This document shows positions 37,514 to 50,255 of a stretch of DNA of 64,000 bases, one piece after another. The translations under genes and the position numbers were made by a program. The stretch comes from Lama glama (lineage: Eukaryota), in contig CM052850.1 of the NCBI GenBank assembly GCA_028534125.1, forward strand, positions 1,240,001-1,304,000, given 5' to 3'. A model generated the notes under the pieces. That model was given only the letters and a program-made list of their open reading frames with translations, made no database searches and had not been told where the DNA came from. Position 1 is the first letter of the stretch; the number at the start of each line of letters is the position of its first letter.

Positions 37514-39680
37514 CTGAGTAATGAAACAAAAACAGAACAGCAGATAGATGAACAGATAGTTAAGACCATTATACCATACCAGTGACTCCTTCACCCTCCT
37601 TTCCCCAGAGCAAAAGCTGCTTTCAGGACACACCACAGACTGCTGGGGAAGCTTTATACTGCCACGTTTCAAATGACTGTCACGTTCTGGCGAATGACTA
37701 AGTCCTGTTTAAAATGCTTCTTCATTTGTCTTTGAGTTTTGAAATAACACTATGAAGTGAAAAAGGCTTAAAAAAAAAGACTCATTTGCCCTTTGCTCCT
37801 AACTTGGACTTCTATGTATTCACACCACAGCAAGCCATGTGCCCAACAGTAAGTCACCCCGTTTGAAATGATGGACTGCCCAAATTGGTCTGTTTACTCG
37901 CATATCTCTTTGTCCAAATGTCTCTTCATTCTGAATCATTTTCACAGTTGTCCTTATAGAAGCCTCCTGCCGGCTCACAGTCCAGCAGGTGTTTGGGCAT
38001 TCTGCTATTACTCCTACTCTCCAAGGCCAATAAAGCCTTGACAGTAAGTGTTATTTTAACGATTGGCAGACTGCTTGCCAAGACACTTTTGTGAGCAATA
38101 CATACTTGCTATTTAATATAAATGAAGACCAGCAGCAGACAGTGATTAAACTGCTCAAGAGGCCAAATGAGAGACTGGGTTCAAGATGAAATCAGCAAGC
38201 CAGGCTATGCCCATACGTAGTACCAAACTGGGGCCACACTGTCTGCCAGAGTCCCGCAAGGCACATCAGCCTTTCTGATTACTAGGCTTACGAGTGCAGT
38301 AACTGACAGAAGAACTGAACAGTGGACTTCTCAGTGACAGATTTCTGCCTGCCAGTTAGCCTGGCTGGCTGGCTGCAGTCAGTATTTGCTGCTGCACAAC
38401 GGCATGAGCCTCATTCTTCTTCAGGTCTGATGTCAGTATCTACAGCCACTGTCACCCTACTCTGCACACAGAATCTCCCAGCTATCTGAGCTAGTCCTCA
38501 CAAGAGTTTCCTGGCTAATAAAAATAGGGTATTTTTTGGGGGGGTTTTTTTTTTGGTATCAGGTTCTTAGTCCCTTACTAAGTTTTTAATAACTAAATAA
38601 AGAGATTTACAGACTTATTCAACCCTGCTTCAACTCACTGATGGCAGGGGAGGGATTATAAGGGATCGTTAACTCTGACCTGTCAGACAGAATATCATTT
38701 AAATGAATGGATTTAATAACTTGGTTAATGTTTCTGGGCAGTCAGATGTCCTCTATAAAAGTCAAACCCTAAGTCTACCTACTGAGGGTGTTTAACACTT
38801 GAGAAAATGTAAAAGGTATACAGATAGCTTAGCATTACCTGATGTACAACTTCTGTCAGACAGTGCAAATTTACGCTTACAATGACGGCACAAGGGCGTC
38901 ATACAGCAGCTTAGAGCCGACACTGACATGAGCATGATGACAGCTATAAGGTGCTATGCGAAGTAAATCTACGAAAAGTGTTTTTGGCTTTTTTTTTTTT
39001 TTTTTGCCTTGAACAAGATGTCGATGAGATTAGCCACAAATTCTCAGAACACTAGCCTGTAATTCTAGAAGTTGAGAAAAAGAGATCTAAACAGCCCATT
39101 TCCTCTTGGTTGCAAGTTTTGGCAGGTGTACTGGTTATAACAACAGTTTAATTCTTTGTGGGTCTAACTGCAGAATTAAATTCTTCAAAAATCAGAGTAA
39201 GTTGCTCTATGCCCTGTCTCTTTTACAGTTTCAGACAGTGACACAGAGCAAAGTGCTACTATGCTGTCACTCAGATCATATTCATCGCTGCACAACTACT
39301 GTCATATATTCCCTAAGTTTGGAGTTAAAATCATCTGCTGCTTTTACTGACTTAAGTTCAGTTATTCTTTCAAAATCACCCTGGCGGCTATTAATCAAAA
39401 TGAAAAAGAGAAAAGAAGGCAAAGTGGCAAGGTAGCTCAATTTCAAGGACTTCCAATTTGCAGGAGTTTTCCTGCAAATGTTCTTTCTTTTTCTGAAGGT
39501 TTACTTACTATTCAACTATAACCAGAAAGATATGAGCCTAACACCACAAGATACTTACTTGTGTTTATATGGTGTATGAATTATTTTTTCTGTATCTCTT
39601 AAGTCGCTGATAGTTTGTAAAAATTAAACAATTATATGCATTAAATTAGGTAATATTTGACTCAACATAGTGCAGATTAT

Positions 39681-39755
39681 ATAAAATTCTTGAGAAGCCA
39701 TCTAAGAATTCAAAACATAAAATTCTTGAGACGCCATCTAAGTAAGAACTCAAAG
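39681..39755. repeat. Imperfect tandem duplication, period about 36 bp
   Basis: ataaaattcttgagaagccatctaag... followed by ataaaattcttgagacgccatctaag... Confidence 0.85.
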
Positions 39756-39914
39756 TATAAAGACAATAAATACTTAAAACAAATAGTAAGTTATCATCCC
39801 CTTGTACTGCAGTGCAACCAGGACAGAACTATACGTAGCACACAAAAGCAGATATACTCCCTTTAATTTAATGGTATAAAATAAGCTGTGGAAAACAAAT
39901 GAGCCAGCCAGTAC

Positions 39915-39946
39915 CTGTCATGTCAGCCTTCAGGACTTCTGCCTGC
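39915..39946 (-). CDS. SMG7: SMG7 exon 2
   Basis: ttttttcag|(R)QAEVLKADMT|gtactg; 32 nt. Confidence 0.93.
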
Positions 39947-40499
39947 CTGAAAAAAGGAAAAAGAACATCAGTTAGAAACAAACTAGGCCCACCCAACATA
40001 GTAACACTACAGGTTTGAAGTTCAGTGGAATCAGACACTACAGGAAGGATGCACGGCGCTGCAGACAGCGCTCCCGTTTAACTTCCAGAGGACCGTGAGG
40101 TCTTGGCAAACCGATGCTATTACTGAAACGTTCACAGGGGCATCAGGAACTCTTCTCCTGAGTTCACTTTCTTACAGTTAGCTTCCAAATTGGATATATT
40201 TAAGGTAACATTAAATGATAATCATCAAATAAAGTTTTCCTTCAACGAGGTCAGAAAACCCTGTTTCTCAATTCACCAGCCGCTGTAACTATTTCAAATC
40301 TCCACTCTTGTCAAGCTACTGATTTCCGCCCCTTCCTCAGCCCCAGCCCTCTTCAGCAAGGGCAGCCCACACCTCAGGGAGAGCAATGCCCAGTTACCAA
40401 ACACTGCATTCACATGGCCTTCTTCTTTCTCACCCTTTTTAAAACACTAGCGGTACTGCACCTCTTACTTAAGACTAGGAATTCCACTCAGGTATGCTC

Positions 40500-41505
40500 T
40501 TTCTAGCCTTTCGTAAGGGCTTCTGGTCCTATAATTTCAATAATTTAAAAACCTGCCTCTCTATTGGGTCCTTCTCATCAGTATTTAAATATGCCCCAGT
40601 CTCTCAGATTTTTGAAACTTCCTACCCTACATTCTCCTCTAGCTGCTGCTCCTTCTCTCTCTTCCAAATTCTTCAAGAATTGCCTGTGTTCAAGGGGTTG
40701 AAAACTGAACTCATGGTTCATCCCCACCCCACCTGGTTCTCTTTCTCTTAGCATTTGCATCTAAGCTTGCTGGCTGTGAGAAGCAGACACCTGGAAGTCA
40801 CTCACGGCAACTGCCTCTCAAATCCCTGGTAATCTGTAACTCCAGAGGACTTCACCAGCCTGAGCACATCCTGAGGCTACTGCGCTCCCTTTACCGGCCC
40901 TTCAGCCACTCTCGCCCAGGTCACAGCCGCCCCCTGCCTGGTCTACTGCAAAGCCCCCAAACCACTCTCCCCACTTCACTCTTGCCTCATTTCATTCTGT
41001 CCTCTTTACTGCTGCCAGAGGGAGCTTTTAAAAATGCAAATCTGACCTTACCAATTGCCCACTTAAAAATCTTTAATGATTTCCCACTGCACTTAGGGTA
41101 AAAAAGCAGAACCTTCATGAAAGTGCTCTACAGAGCACTCTGCACTCCAGCCCTTACTCCCTCTCTCCGGAGCTCTGTGCTCTAAGCCCCCGGGCTCTGG
41201 AGTCCCCCGAGTGCTCTGCTCCTTTCCCACTCAGGGCCATCGTAAAGAAGAGTCCCCCTGCTAGGGATACCTCTTCCCTCTTTGTCTGGCTCGCCACTCA
41301 TCTTTCGTCTCAATCAGAGACACGACTTCCTCAGGAAGCCTTACTTAAACCCTACATACAAGAAGGATACTGCTGTTTTATGCTCTCAAAGCACTCGTAT
41401 TTTTTCTTCACAGTACATATCTCAGATTTTAAGAATGCTCACCATCACAACCCCCATGCCTGCTAGCACACTGCCTAGCATGCAGTGTGCTTTCAATAAA
41501 TATTT
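40500..41505 (-). mobile_element. L2 fragments (approximate bounds)
   Basis: ctggtctactgcaaagccccc; aaaatgcaaatctgacc; cttcctcaggaagcctt; ends gtgctttcaataaatatt. Confidence 0.55.
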
Positions 41506-43100
41506 TTTAAGTGTAGAAAGGAAAAAGGTTAAATTATGTTCATATCTTCTATTTAAGAAGTATATAAACTTAAGAGATCTCCATTTTTAAAAAAAAATTT
41601 GACATAAAAGCTAGAGAATACTGAGATTCTAAAATTCTAAATTTAAATGTTTTACATAATTTATTAAGTATTTAATATCAGTTGTGAAGTTTAGTTTCAT
41701 CAAAACGTAACATGAATCTTTTCATTTTTCTACCTTTTAAAAAGATAACATGCTTTTCAAAAATTAGGCTTTCAAACAGAATCACAATAGGATGCTATAG
41801 AAACCATGAGCTGTATGAGAACTACCAGTATAAACAAACAATACTAAACAAACAGCTACACTCAGTCCTAAAATGTAACATCACGTCAAATTCCATCATC
41901 CATACAGCCTAGTTTCACTGTTTGCTTTGAATGTTAAACTTCTGCCATTAAAAAAAAAATCGTAACAAGGTTATTGGTTTATGCCTTTAAAGCCTAAGAT
42001 TATACAACTTAAGAATACCATGTATCCTACCCTACCAACGTCACAACCCACCCCCACCCCCAGCCCCAGGCCTTCCCAGAGCACTACTAACTGAAGAACC
42101 TCATACTGAGACAGCCAGCTCTGATCATGCATTGCCACATGATTCAATAACCTTTCATTCTGAGCTGCAAAGTTGCGAAGGATATACTTCACTATGCTTC
42201 CATATCTTAGCTAAAAATCCATACTTTGGTATATACAAGATATACTTAGGATCATGTGCCTACACGGTGTCTCCTCATCCCAGACAAGATTTGCTTGTAA
42301 AGATGAACAAATACCATTTTGGTACATGAACACCTGCCTAATGAGGATACCAATTTCTAGTCAAATGAAGATTAAATTGAACATATGACAGGAACTATCT
42401 CCAAATAATCTGCTTCTCTGATAGGCCATCATTAAGAGAAGAACTATAATTGTAGCAGATTCTGGAGCAGGTTTCCACTGATAAATAAAGATCAAAATTT
42501 TGCTCTATTTTTATATACTATAGCCTCTCTAAGAAAACTGTAAAACAGAAAATCCAAACACTAACAAAAATGCAAACTCCTAAGAACCACCTGATGTGAA
42601 ATGTTCAAGCATTCTGAAGTTCCAGGAGTTCTGATTCCTCAGTATGACAAGGGAAGAGGTGCTCACCTCTGCGCACAGTTCCCTCCCAGGCTCCAAAAGA
42701 GACACGTCAGTGACTAAAACAGCCTTGCTAAACTGAACTGGTGAAAAGACAGCTCAATGGAAAATAAAACAGCTACCATGATTCCCATTTTATAAACAAG
42801 GAAACTGGAGCTCAGAAAGAATTTGTCCATAGTCACAAGCAATTAGATATGATTAAGTACAAATTTAGTTCTTTCTGACTCCAAAATCCAATTTATTTCT
42901 ATTTCTTTCAAATTAGAATAAAAATACTCTATGACATAAAAAGCTAACATAGATCTATCTAGGTTCAGTTTTGTTCTCTGTCAATCAAATGCTAACATTT
43001 AAGTCCACTAGCCTAAATTAAAAATCTGTTCATATTATGGAAGAAATAATATGAGATTTTTATCAGGAAGAACACAAGGAGTAAAATTCATATTCTAATG

Positions 43101-43320
43101 CAGTGGTCAGCCGTGGGCGAAAGTCCCTGCCTTTCACACTGAGTCAGTTTTTGTAAATCAGTTTCACTAGAAGAGTCATGCCCATTCATTTACTGCTTGT
43201 CTACAGCTGCTCTCTGCTACAAGGGCAGAGGACGGTAGCTGGGACACGACCACGTGTCTCACCAAGCCTAAAATATTTACTATCTGGCCCCTTTTCAGAA
43301 AGATTGGCTCTCCTGCTTTA
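43101..43320. mobile_element. MER58A-like DNA transposon
   Basis: gtttttgtaaatcagtttcactag...aagcctaaaatatttactatctggccccttttcagaaa. Confidence 0.75.
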
Positions 43321-44409
43321 GGGAGTACTTGATCCAAAAACTGAGAAGTCTGTATCTACATATATATATATATAACTATAAATTCCCAAACCAGTTTTCC
43401 CATATGAGGAATTATCAACAATAGTTTCCTCAGAGTAAAGATCTATTTTTATTCATTAATATCATAATCTTGTCACAAAGAGGACTACATTAAAAAGTGG
43501 TCTCATGGAATTGCAAAGTTAGTACCTGTAGGCGACACTATGTTTTTGATGGAATTTATTTGCAAACGTTTTAAAAAGGGCTGTTTATATATTATCCACT
43601 AATTCTTCCTTTTTCCTGTGTACCAAAAATACACATTTACATAGATGAGAGGGTTAAACTGAAGATTACTACCTCACCAGAAGAAGAATCCCCATCCTCC
43701 TACCACTACACAATCATTAGGCTTTTTTATATAGTGCATAATATACAAGAAATCGAATCAATAGACAGTGATCTTATACCAACTGCTTTCATAAAGATTA
43801 GCACAAAATTGGCTATTGGATGATTTTCTTTTTTTTATAAAGAAAAAATACTACAACTCAGCTGATCTACTGGTTTTGTTTTGTTTTATTCCTGGTTTTG
43901 TTAAAGACTAATATTGTTAAAAGATTAATGTTACAGTTTATAGCCCATGCTCATATAGAGAAAAGAGTTTAAAAATGTTTCCCCTTGGTTTCTAGAAGGT
44001 GTGGCAACATGAGTTCCTTTTTATTCTTACTTTTAGCGGAAGGAATTATTGAAAAGAGTGAACAAACCAAGAACTCAAGAATTAATGTCATCATGCCTTC
44101 AGTAACAAAATAGCACTACTAAACAATTACATAAAGCTTTGAAAACAGCCAATATATTGTTTCATTTAATGAATAAGAGAAATTAAGCACTTCTATCAAA
44201 CAATAAAAAAGAAAAAGTCATTAAAAGGCTGAATAAAATCTGAAACATTCAGTGATAATCAAATGTTTAGAGCTAACAATCTGAAACAACACTCTTGGAG
44301 ACAACACGGTCGCCAGGGCCTGCACGTGCAGGTGGCGCATTCTGACACACGAGGCGTACTGAAACAGCCAGCACTGCATTCAGCACCCACTGTCCTACAA
44401 TCAGGGCCT

Positions 44410-44575
44410 TCCACGAAGTCAGTCATTTAATCCACAGTACGTGCTATCATTACCTGCACTTTATGAAGAAACCCAAGGTGACAGAGGTTAAGTAACAAGG
44501 TTGTCAAGTTAGTAAGTAGTAGACGCAGCACTTTAACACACTGATTTCAGAACCTAACTCCTAACTGTTGTATCA
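44410..44575 (-). mobile_element. MIR SINE fragment
   Basis: tcatttaatccacag...acagaggttaagtaac core. Confidence 0.55.
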
Positions 44576-45482
44576 TAGTTCCTCTCTTATACACGATTTT
44601 AAGGAAAAAAAATCTGGAATGTTTAATAGTAAGTAGCCCCCCCAGAATCGGGGCCTTCAATAATTAAACATTTTATGGTAACGTTTTTATAATGTCACTA
44701 GAGGAAAAAAGCTAATTAACGCTTATCTTCTTTAACAAATAGCTTGCTTACACACAGCACTGATACAACAATGCAAGGCACCCAATATAGGCTACTCTCT
44801 CTTAAGAACACACATTAAGATCCATGGCTTAAAAACAGAAGATATTTCCAAATCAGGGACAGAGTCAACGGAAGACTCCTTCTACCTGGACTCCCAACCC
44901 CCTCCCTCCTATAAGCAGAACATAAGAATATAAGCCAGTATCTCCTAAACTCAGCTGTGAAGGAAAGGTCAATCGGCCTCTTCTGTTTTGGAAGACAAGG
45001 CTAGAGTAATTTTTTTTTGAAATTTAAATAAAAGCCACAACGGGTTTTATTTCAAGATAATTTGGTTATTTACTTATTTCCACAAAGTACTAAGGAATAT
45101 TTAGGATGACAGTAGCCATCAATTATAATCATAAACATAGTATCTAATGATAACTATTTGTGCTAAATAACAGGCCAGACCTAGAAACTGTACTAAAGTG
45201 AGCTGGCCCGGGCAGACGTGACTACGCACCCCAGATCTTAGAGACACCACCGAGTCTCGTGGCAGTGATGAGAAAAAAGGAAACCATACTGTCCGCTGCT
45301 GAGTCCCACACATGAGCATCTAGGGAAGACGCTGCTCCCAAAGGAGCTCCTCTCAGTGAGAGAACAGAACGCAAACTTGCTGTCTACGCTCCCTGCCGTC
45401 TGTCACAGGTTTACAGACCGCCCAGCACTCCAATGGCCTACATCACAACCTTCACTTGACAATCTGCATTATTTGAGTATGT

Positions 45483-45679
45483 GAGTATTATCTGAGTATT
45501 TAGTTAATGAGCATAGGTGTTTTTAAGGGCCAGTTCAGGTCTGGGAATCTCAAAGCGTAAGGAGTCGTTCTTCCTGGCAGAGTATTATCTGAGTATTTAG
45601 TTAATGAGCATAGGTGTTTTTAAGGGCCAGTTCAGGTCTGGGAATCTCAAAGCGTAAGGAGTCGTTCTTCCTGGCAGAG
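45483..45679. repeat. Perfect tandem duplication, 2 x 97 bp
   Basis: 45483-45579 is identical to 45580-45676, with GAG microhomology at the junction. Confidence 0.92.
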
Positions 45680-45699
45680 AAAGCAGCACAACAATAAAG

Positions 45700-46900
45700 A
45701 CACAGGCGAGCCAGTGAGAGAGGCAGCCTGCCACATCAAACGCAAGGTAGGAAGCTTCAGAAGATGAGCTGGAGAATCAAGGCGCGCGGCAGGCTGTGAG
45801 GCCTCACATGACATGTGAAGGAGCTCAGATTTTGTCTTTTAACTAACAGGAAACCAGTACTGAACTTTAAGCACGAACACAGTATTGTCAGAATTGCACT
45901 TTTAAAAGATTACAACAAGATGCGTGGAAGATGGATTTTAACGAGGCAAAACTGGAAGACTCCAAAGCAAGGAAGTGACAATACAGATGGATGGAAAAGC
46001 CTAGACTCAAGAAATATCTGTAAGTAAAATCAGTAGGAGAGACAAAGCAGAGGAAATAGTCTAAAATCATTCCCAGACTGTTGGCTTGGACATCTGGGTG
46101 TACAAGAAGTGGAGGCATGTAAGCAGACACTCAGAGCTGAGTGTCAAGGACGGGGCAGACATGAGACTGGGGACACAGTGCTGCAGTGAACAGCACAGCA
46201 GTGTAGTTAAAACCGTGAGAGTATGGGTAACTGCTCAGAAAGGCAGAAGGGTGGTGCTACGTCCTCACCTTCACTTTTAAGGGGCAGTTAAAGGAAAGAT
46301 CAAGAATACCAAGAAGGAACAGGTATGTGAGGGCAACAGAAGAGCGGTGTACGGAAAAAAGAGGATAAAAGGGAAGAGGAGTCAACAACACTAAAGGCAG
46401 CGTAAGGACTGGAAAGTGCGCTGGATTTGGTAGAACAAGGGTCAACGACAGCCTTGTCAGAGAAAGAAAAAAAGGTCAAACTGCAGGGAAAATGAGGAAC
46501 AAATGAGAGGGAGAAGTTTAAATCAACTCTTTAAGACACTGGCTGCGAAAAGAAAGAGAAGGGGGCCATGGGTCAAGAGAAGTTTCTGCTTTTCAATGGG
46601 AGCGACTCGGGCATGTTTGGAATGTAGAAAAGAACCTAGGAGAAAGGTCTAGGCTAAGACAGGGAAATGAGAATAAAACTGACAGAGCAGGGCACTGGAA
46701 GAGATGGAAGGACCTGAGAACGCGCGTACAAGCCAGGAAGCACAGCTGGCGTTAAAAAGGGGCAGGGTGAAATTGGAGGGAGGAAGAAGAGACAGAAATG
46801 TGCTAGGAAAATCTGGGAGTAATGCAGGGTGGAGAGATGTCAAGAGAATTCACTGCTACACTGCCTCAAATTCAGAGATAAAGTAGATCAGATCAGTGTC
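45700..46900 (+). mobile_element. L2 fragments (approximate bounds)
   Basis: Purine-rich L2-like sequence (gtgaaggagctcagattttgtc; ctggatttggtagaacaagg). Confidence 0.5.
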
Positions 46901-48986
46901 TGCAAGTAAGAGGGAGATTAACTGAGGAGAATGATGGATCTCTGGGATAATTGCAAAATGAATAGGAAACTTACGGCAAAGAAAAGAACTGAGAAAAGTG
47001 AATGGTGCCATATGACTTAGACACAATGAAAAATATGAAAACAGATCAAGATATAAGCAGATAAATAGGGCAGAGGACCAAACTGATTGTTCAAAAAAGG
47101 AGATATAACTAGCAAGTACAAATGAAAACAGGTAAATATTTTTACTCTAAATAATCAAGAAAATAATATACATGCTAGCCTTAAAGACAGTGGGCATCTC
47201 ATACCTCTAAGGAACTCGAGGCAGAGTAGAAGCCACAAAGACATATACAATAATTTGATAATTTCAATAAAACATGATTGAGAATAGGATGGGAATGCAT
47301 ACCTAGAGTACAAACAGAGAAAGAGAAGAGCCCCTGGAGTGAGGGAGAAGGCGGCATTCAGGGCTACATTCCTAACACCTAGAAGAAGGCCTGGAGCGCC
47401 ACAGCTGCTCACTAAACTTTCGCTGAATTAATACAACGTGTATCATACAGAAGGCAATTTTATGTAACAGACAATGACACAGAATAAAAAAGACTTAGGT
47501 CTGAATCTGCGTTTCTTACATACTAGTAGTGCTACCTTGGAGTTTGTTTCCAAGAAACCTCAATTTCCTCGTCTATGAAACTGATACAAACTCCCTTTCA
47601 GTGTTGCTATGAGGAATAAATAAGACAACAAGTAAGTTGCATAAAAGAACTGGACTGATAACTCCAGAAGGGAGGGGTAATCCGACTGTGACATGAATAC
47701 CTCAGTGACCACCAAATTACTTTTCCTAATCTGGTCACTGGCACAGGATCCCTTCTGAAGTAGCACCCCAGGCTGAAGGAGACAACATTCCAAGGTGGAG
47801 GTCAAAAATCCTAGGCCATCTACTACCACATCATGCTAAGTCACAAAAGAAAGAGACACTATTTGAATGTCACCATGACCACATTCTAGCATGCACAGAA
47901 AATAAAGCTGAAGGTAGACAGACAAAAATTACAAACAATTTCTAGTATTTTATTTTTGCTTCTTCCCAAACATCAGTTTTGATTACATAACTTAAGCAAA
48001 TACATTTTAAAAATTGGACCTGATAATAATCAAGCCTAGAAATGTCATGGTAATTGATTAGACTCTAAACTAATCTGCTAAGAATTAACTAATAACCTAA
48101 ATAGTAATACAGTTTGATCACGTACTATTTATTTGTCAGGTCCTATTTACATGCTTTCATATGTTACCAAATCTTTAATTCTCACATTAAATCTATCAGG
48201 TAAGTAATAACATTATCCCCGTTTTTCTGATGGGGAAACGTTTACCCTGCCCAGTCATACAGCTACGAAGGGTCAGCGCCTGGGCTCCAGAGCTCATAAG
48301 CATTATACAGCACTGCAGGTCTTCTGGAATATTCTGGCCATAAGTGTCACTGTCATGGTATCAACTTCTAGGGGCAACTATCACTTCTCGTTTAAAACCC
48401 ACAATTCCAAGTCAAGCACCTTCACATTCTGTCATTTCCACTGACGCAAGTTGATATGACAAGAGCTGCTAGCTCACCACGTGGTTGGAGAGGCTTCTCT
48501 TGCACACCATCACATGCCTATTTCTATAGGCGCCTAGGAGGCATGACTGCATCCAGGCTGGCATACAGAACCAAGAACTGATGATCCCGCACTCCAATGA
48601 GTGCCATATACGTAACCCAGCACACAGGCATTTTCATTTTAAAGGATAATCTGTAAGACAGATCACACGTCCCTCTGCTGATCATAAATAGTCACAGCAT
48701 ATATAAACATAAAAATTTCTTGAATTTACTTTAGTAAATGTTTAAAAAGTTTCCTTGGACTACAAGATATAAATGCTCATGACAAAGTAAACATGACAAA
48801 TCTCTCATGAAGCCACATAAATAAAAGAAATTTTTTTAGCACTCCCCACCCCCCCATCCTGGCCAATATTAAATGCTTTAGAAAGCCTCTAATTCTTCTA
48901 TTAGTGTTCGTAGTATATGAATATTTTAACATATATCTCTAAAAGAAATACAAACATGTAGAAACCCCTTGTAATTTTTATCCTAC

Positions 48987-49039
48987 CTAATATTACTTGA
49001 TTTCAGATGCTCCTCTGATTTCAAGTTTCCGGTCCTCAT
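48987..49039 (-). CDS. SMG7: SMG7 alternative N-terminal coding exon in intron 1 (MRTGNLKSEEHLKSSNIR)
   Basis: ATG at 49039; donor AG|gtagga is phase 2 and splices in frame to exon 2; resembles a recalled SMG7 isoform N-terminus (MRTENLKSEEHLKSSNIR). Confidence 0.7.
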
Positions 49040-49999
49040 CTGGGACTTAAATGAAACGTTTTCTCCCACAACGACTATCTGCAAGAACATCCAAGCTCTC
49101 ACAAGGTAGAATGGGTTAAGACATTCTAGACAGAGGAGAGGAGGAAAACATGAGTTAACCCACAACAACAGAGAATCCCCTTGAAGAAAGTTAAATTATT
49201 TTCTCTTTATTTAAAATGATTCAATGTCAAAGGTAAAGGAAAAATATCAAAGCTTTTTTTCCTTTTTATATTTAGTTTCCTAGAACACACATTTAAAATT
49301 TGTAAATTCCTCAAATATATTTGATTTGTATATTTCTAAAAATTCTAGTTTGGGATTGAAGTGTTATTCTAATCTCACTCCCTGTCTGAAAGCTGAGTGA
49401 TTTTTACAAGCAAGCAGACACCAGTTACCCAGCAGGGTTCTTGTAGTACCAAGGTGACAGCACCCTGCAGAACACAGGAGCAGATGGCTGGTGCAAACTG
49501 GATTGCTTATAGAAGGAAACACATGTAAAGCAACTAAATCACAATTATAGATGGTATAAATAATGCTTAAGTTCTAAGATAATCTGAAAATGGCCAGTTT
49601 TTAGATCTTCATTCCCTCACTGAGCAGTGATTTGGTCACTCCTATGTGCTAGATTATAGTATTTGGACTAGGTATACAATAATGAACGAAACAGATTACA
49701 GTCCCTACACAGATTTAAACTCTAATGTGGAGACAGACCAACGAGGACAGCGAAGGCAGCAGAAGGCGGTGGTTAAAGGCATGAACGTGGGTGCACACTG
49801 CACTCAACAGCATGCTGGGAGTAATTCAAGACACAGGAAAAAATATAGCACGATTTCTTAGGGACATCAATTTAACTCAAAGATTTGGACAAGATAAAAT
49901 AAGTTAAGGAATTATTACTGGATACCGATAATTGCTTCCATTTACATTACACTGTGGCAGATTCTATGCTAAATGTTCTAAACATCTGATCTCACAGAA

Positions 50000-50255
50000 C
50001 GGGAGTGTAACGTAGTAGTTATGTATTTTATACCCCAGACTGCCTGCGTTCAAACCAAGCTCTGCCACTTATGCACTGTGTCACCTTAGAAAAATTACTT
50101 CTCTGTGTCCCAGTTTTGTCAGAAGTAAGAAGGAGATAATAAAAGCATCTATCCCACTGAGATGTTTTGAGGATTAAATGAGGTACAGAAATAAAACACC
50201 TAGGACTGTTCCTCGGTAAGTAAGCCCTCAAAAAATGTTAGCTATTATTGTCATT
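50000..50255 (+). mobile_element. MIR SINE
   Basis: ccagactgcctgcgttcaaacc...ctctgccactta...ttgaggattaaatgag...aaatgttagctattatt. Confidence 0.8.

Noticed and set aside
24256-45679. Direct repeats as a CRISPR-like array
   Set aside because: Eukaryotic intron; the repeats are adjacent 2-3 copy duplications with no spacers or cas genes
48419-48520. Possible extra exon in intron 1 (aaatag|GCATGTGATGG...CACGTG|gtgagc)
   Set aside because: No pyrimidine tract and no frame that I can link to exon 2; cannot be supported from sequence alone
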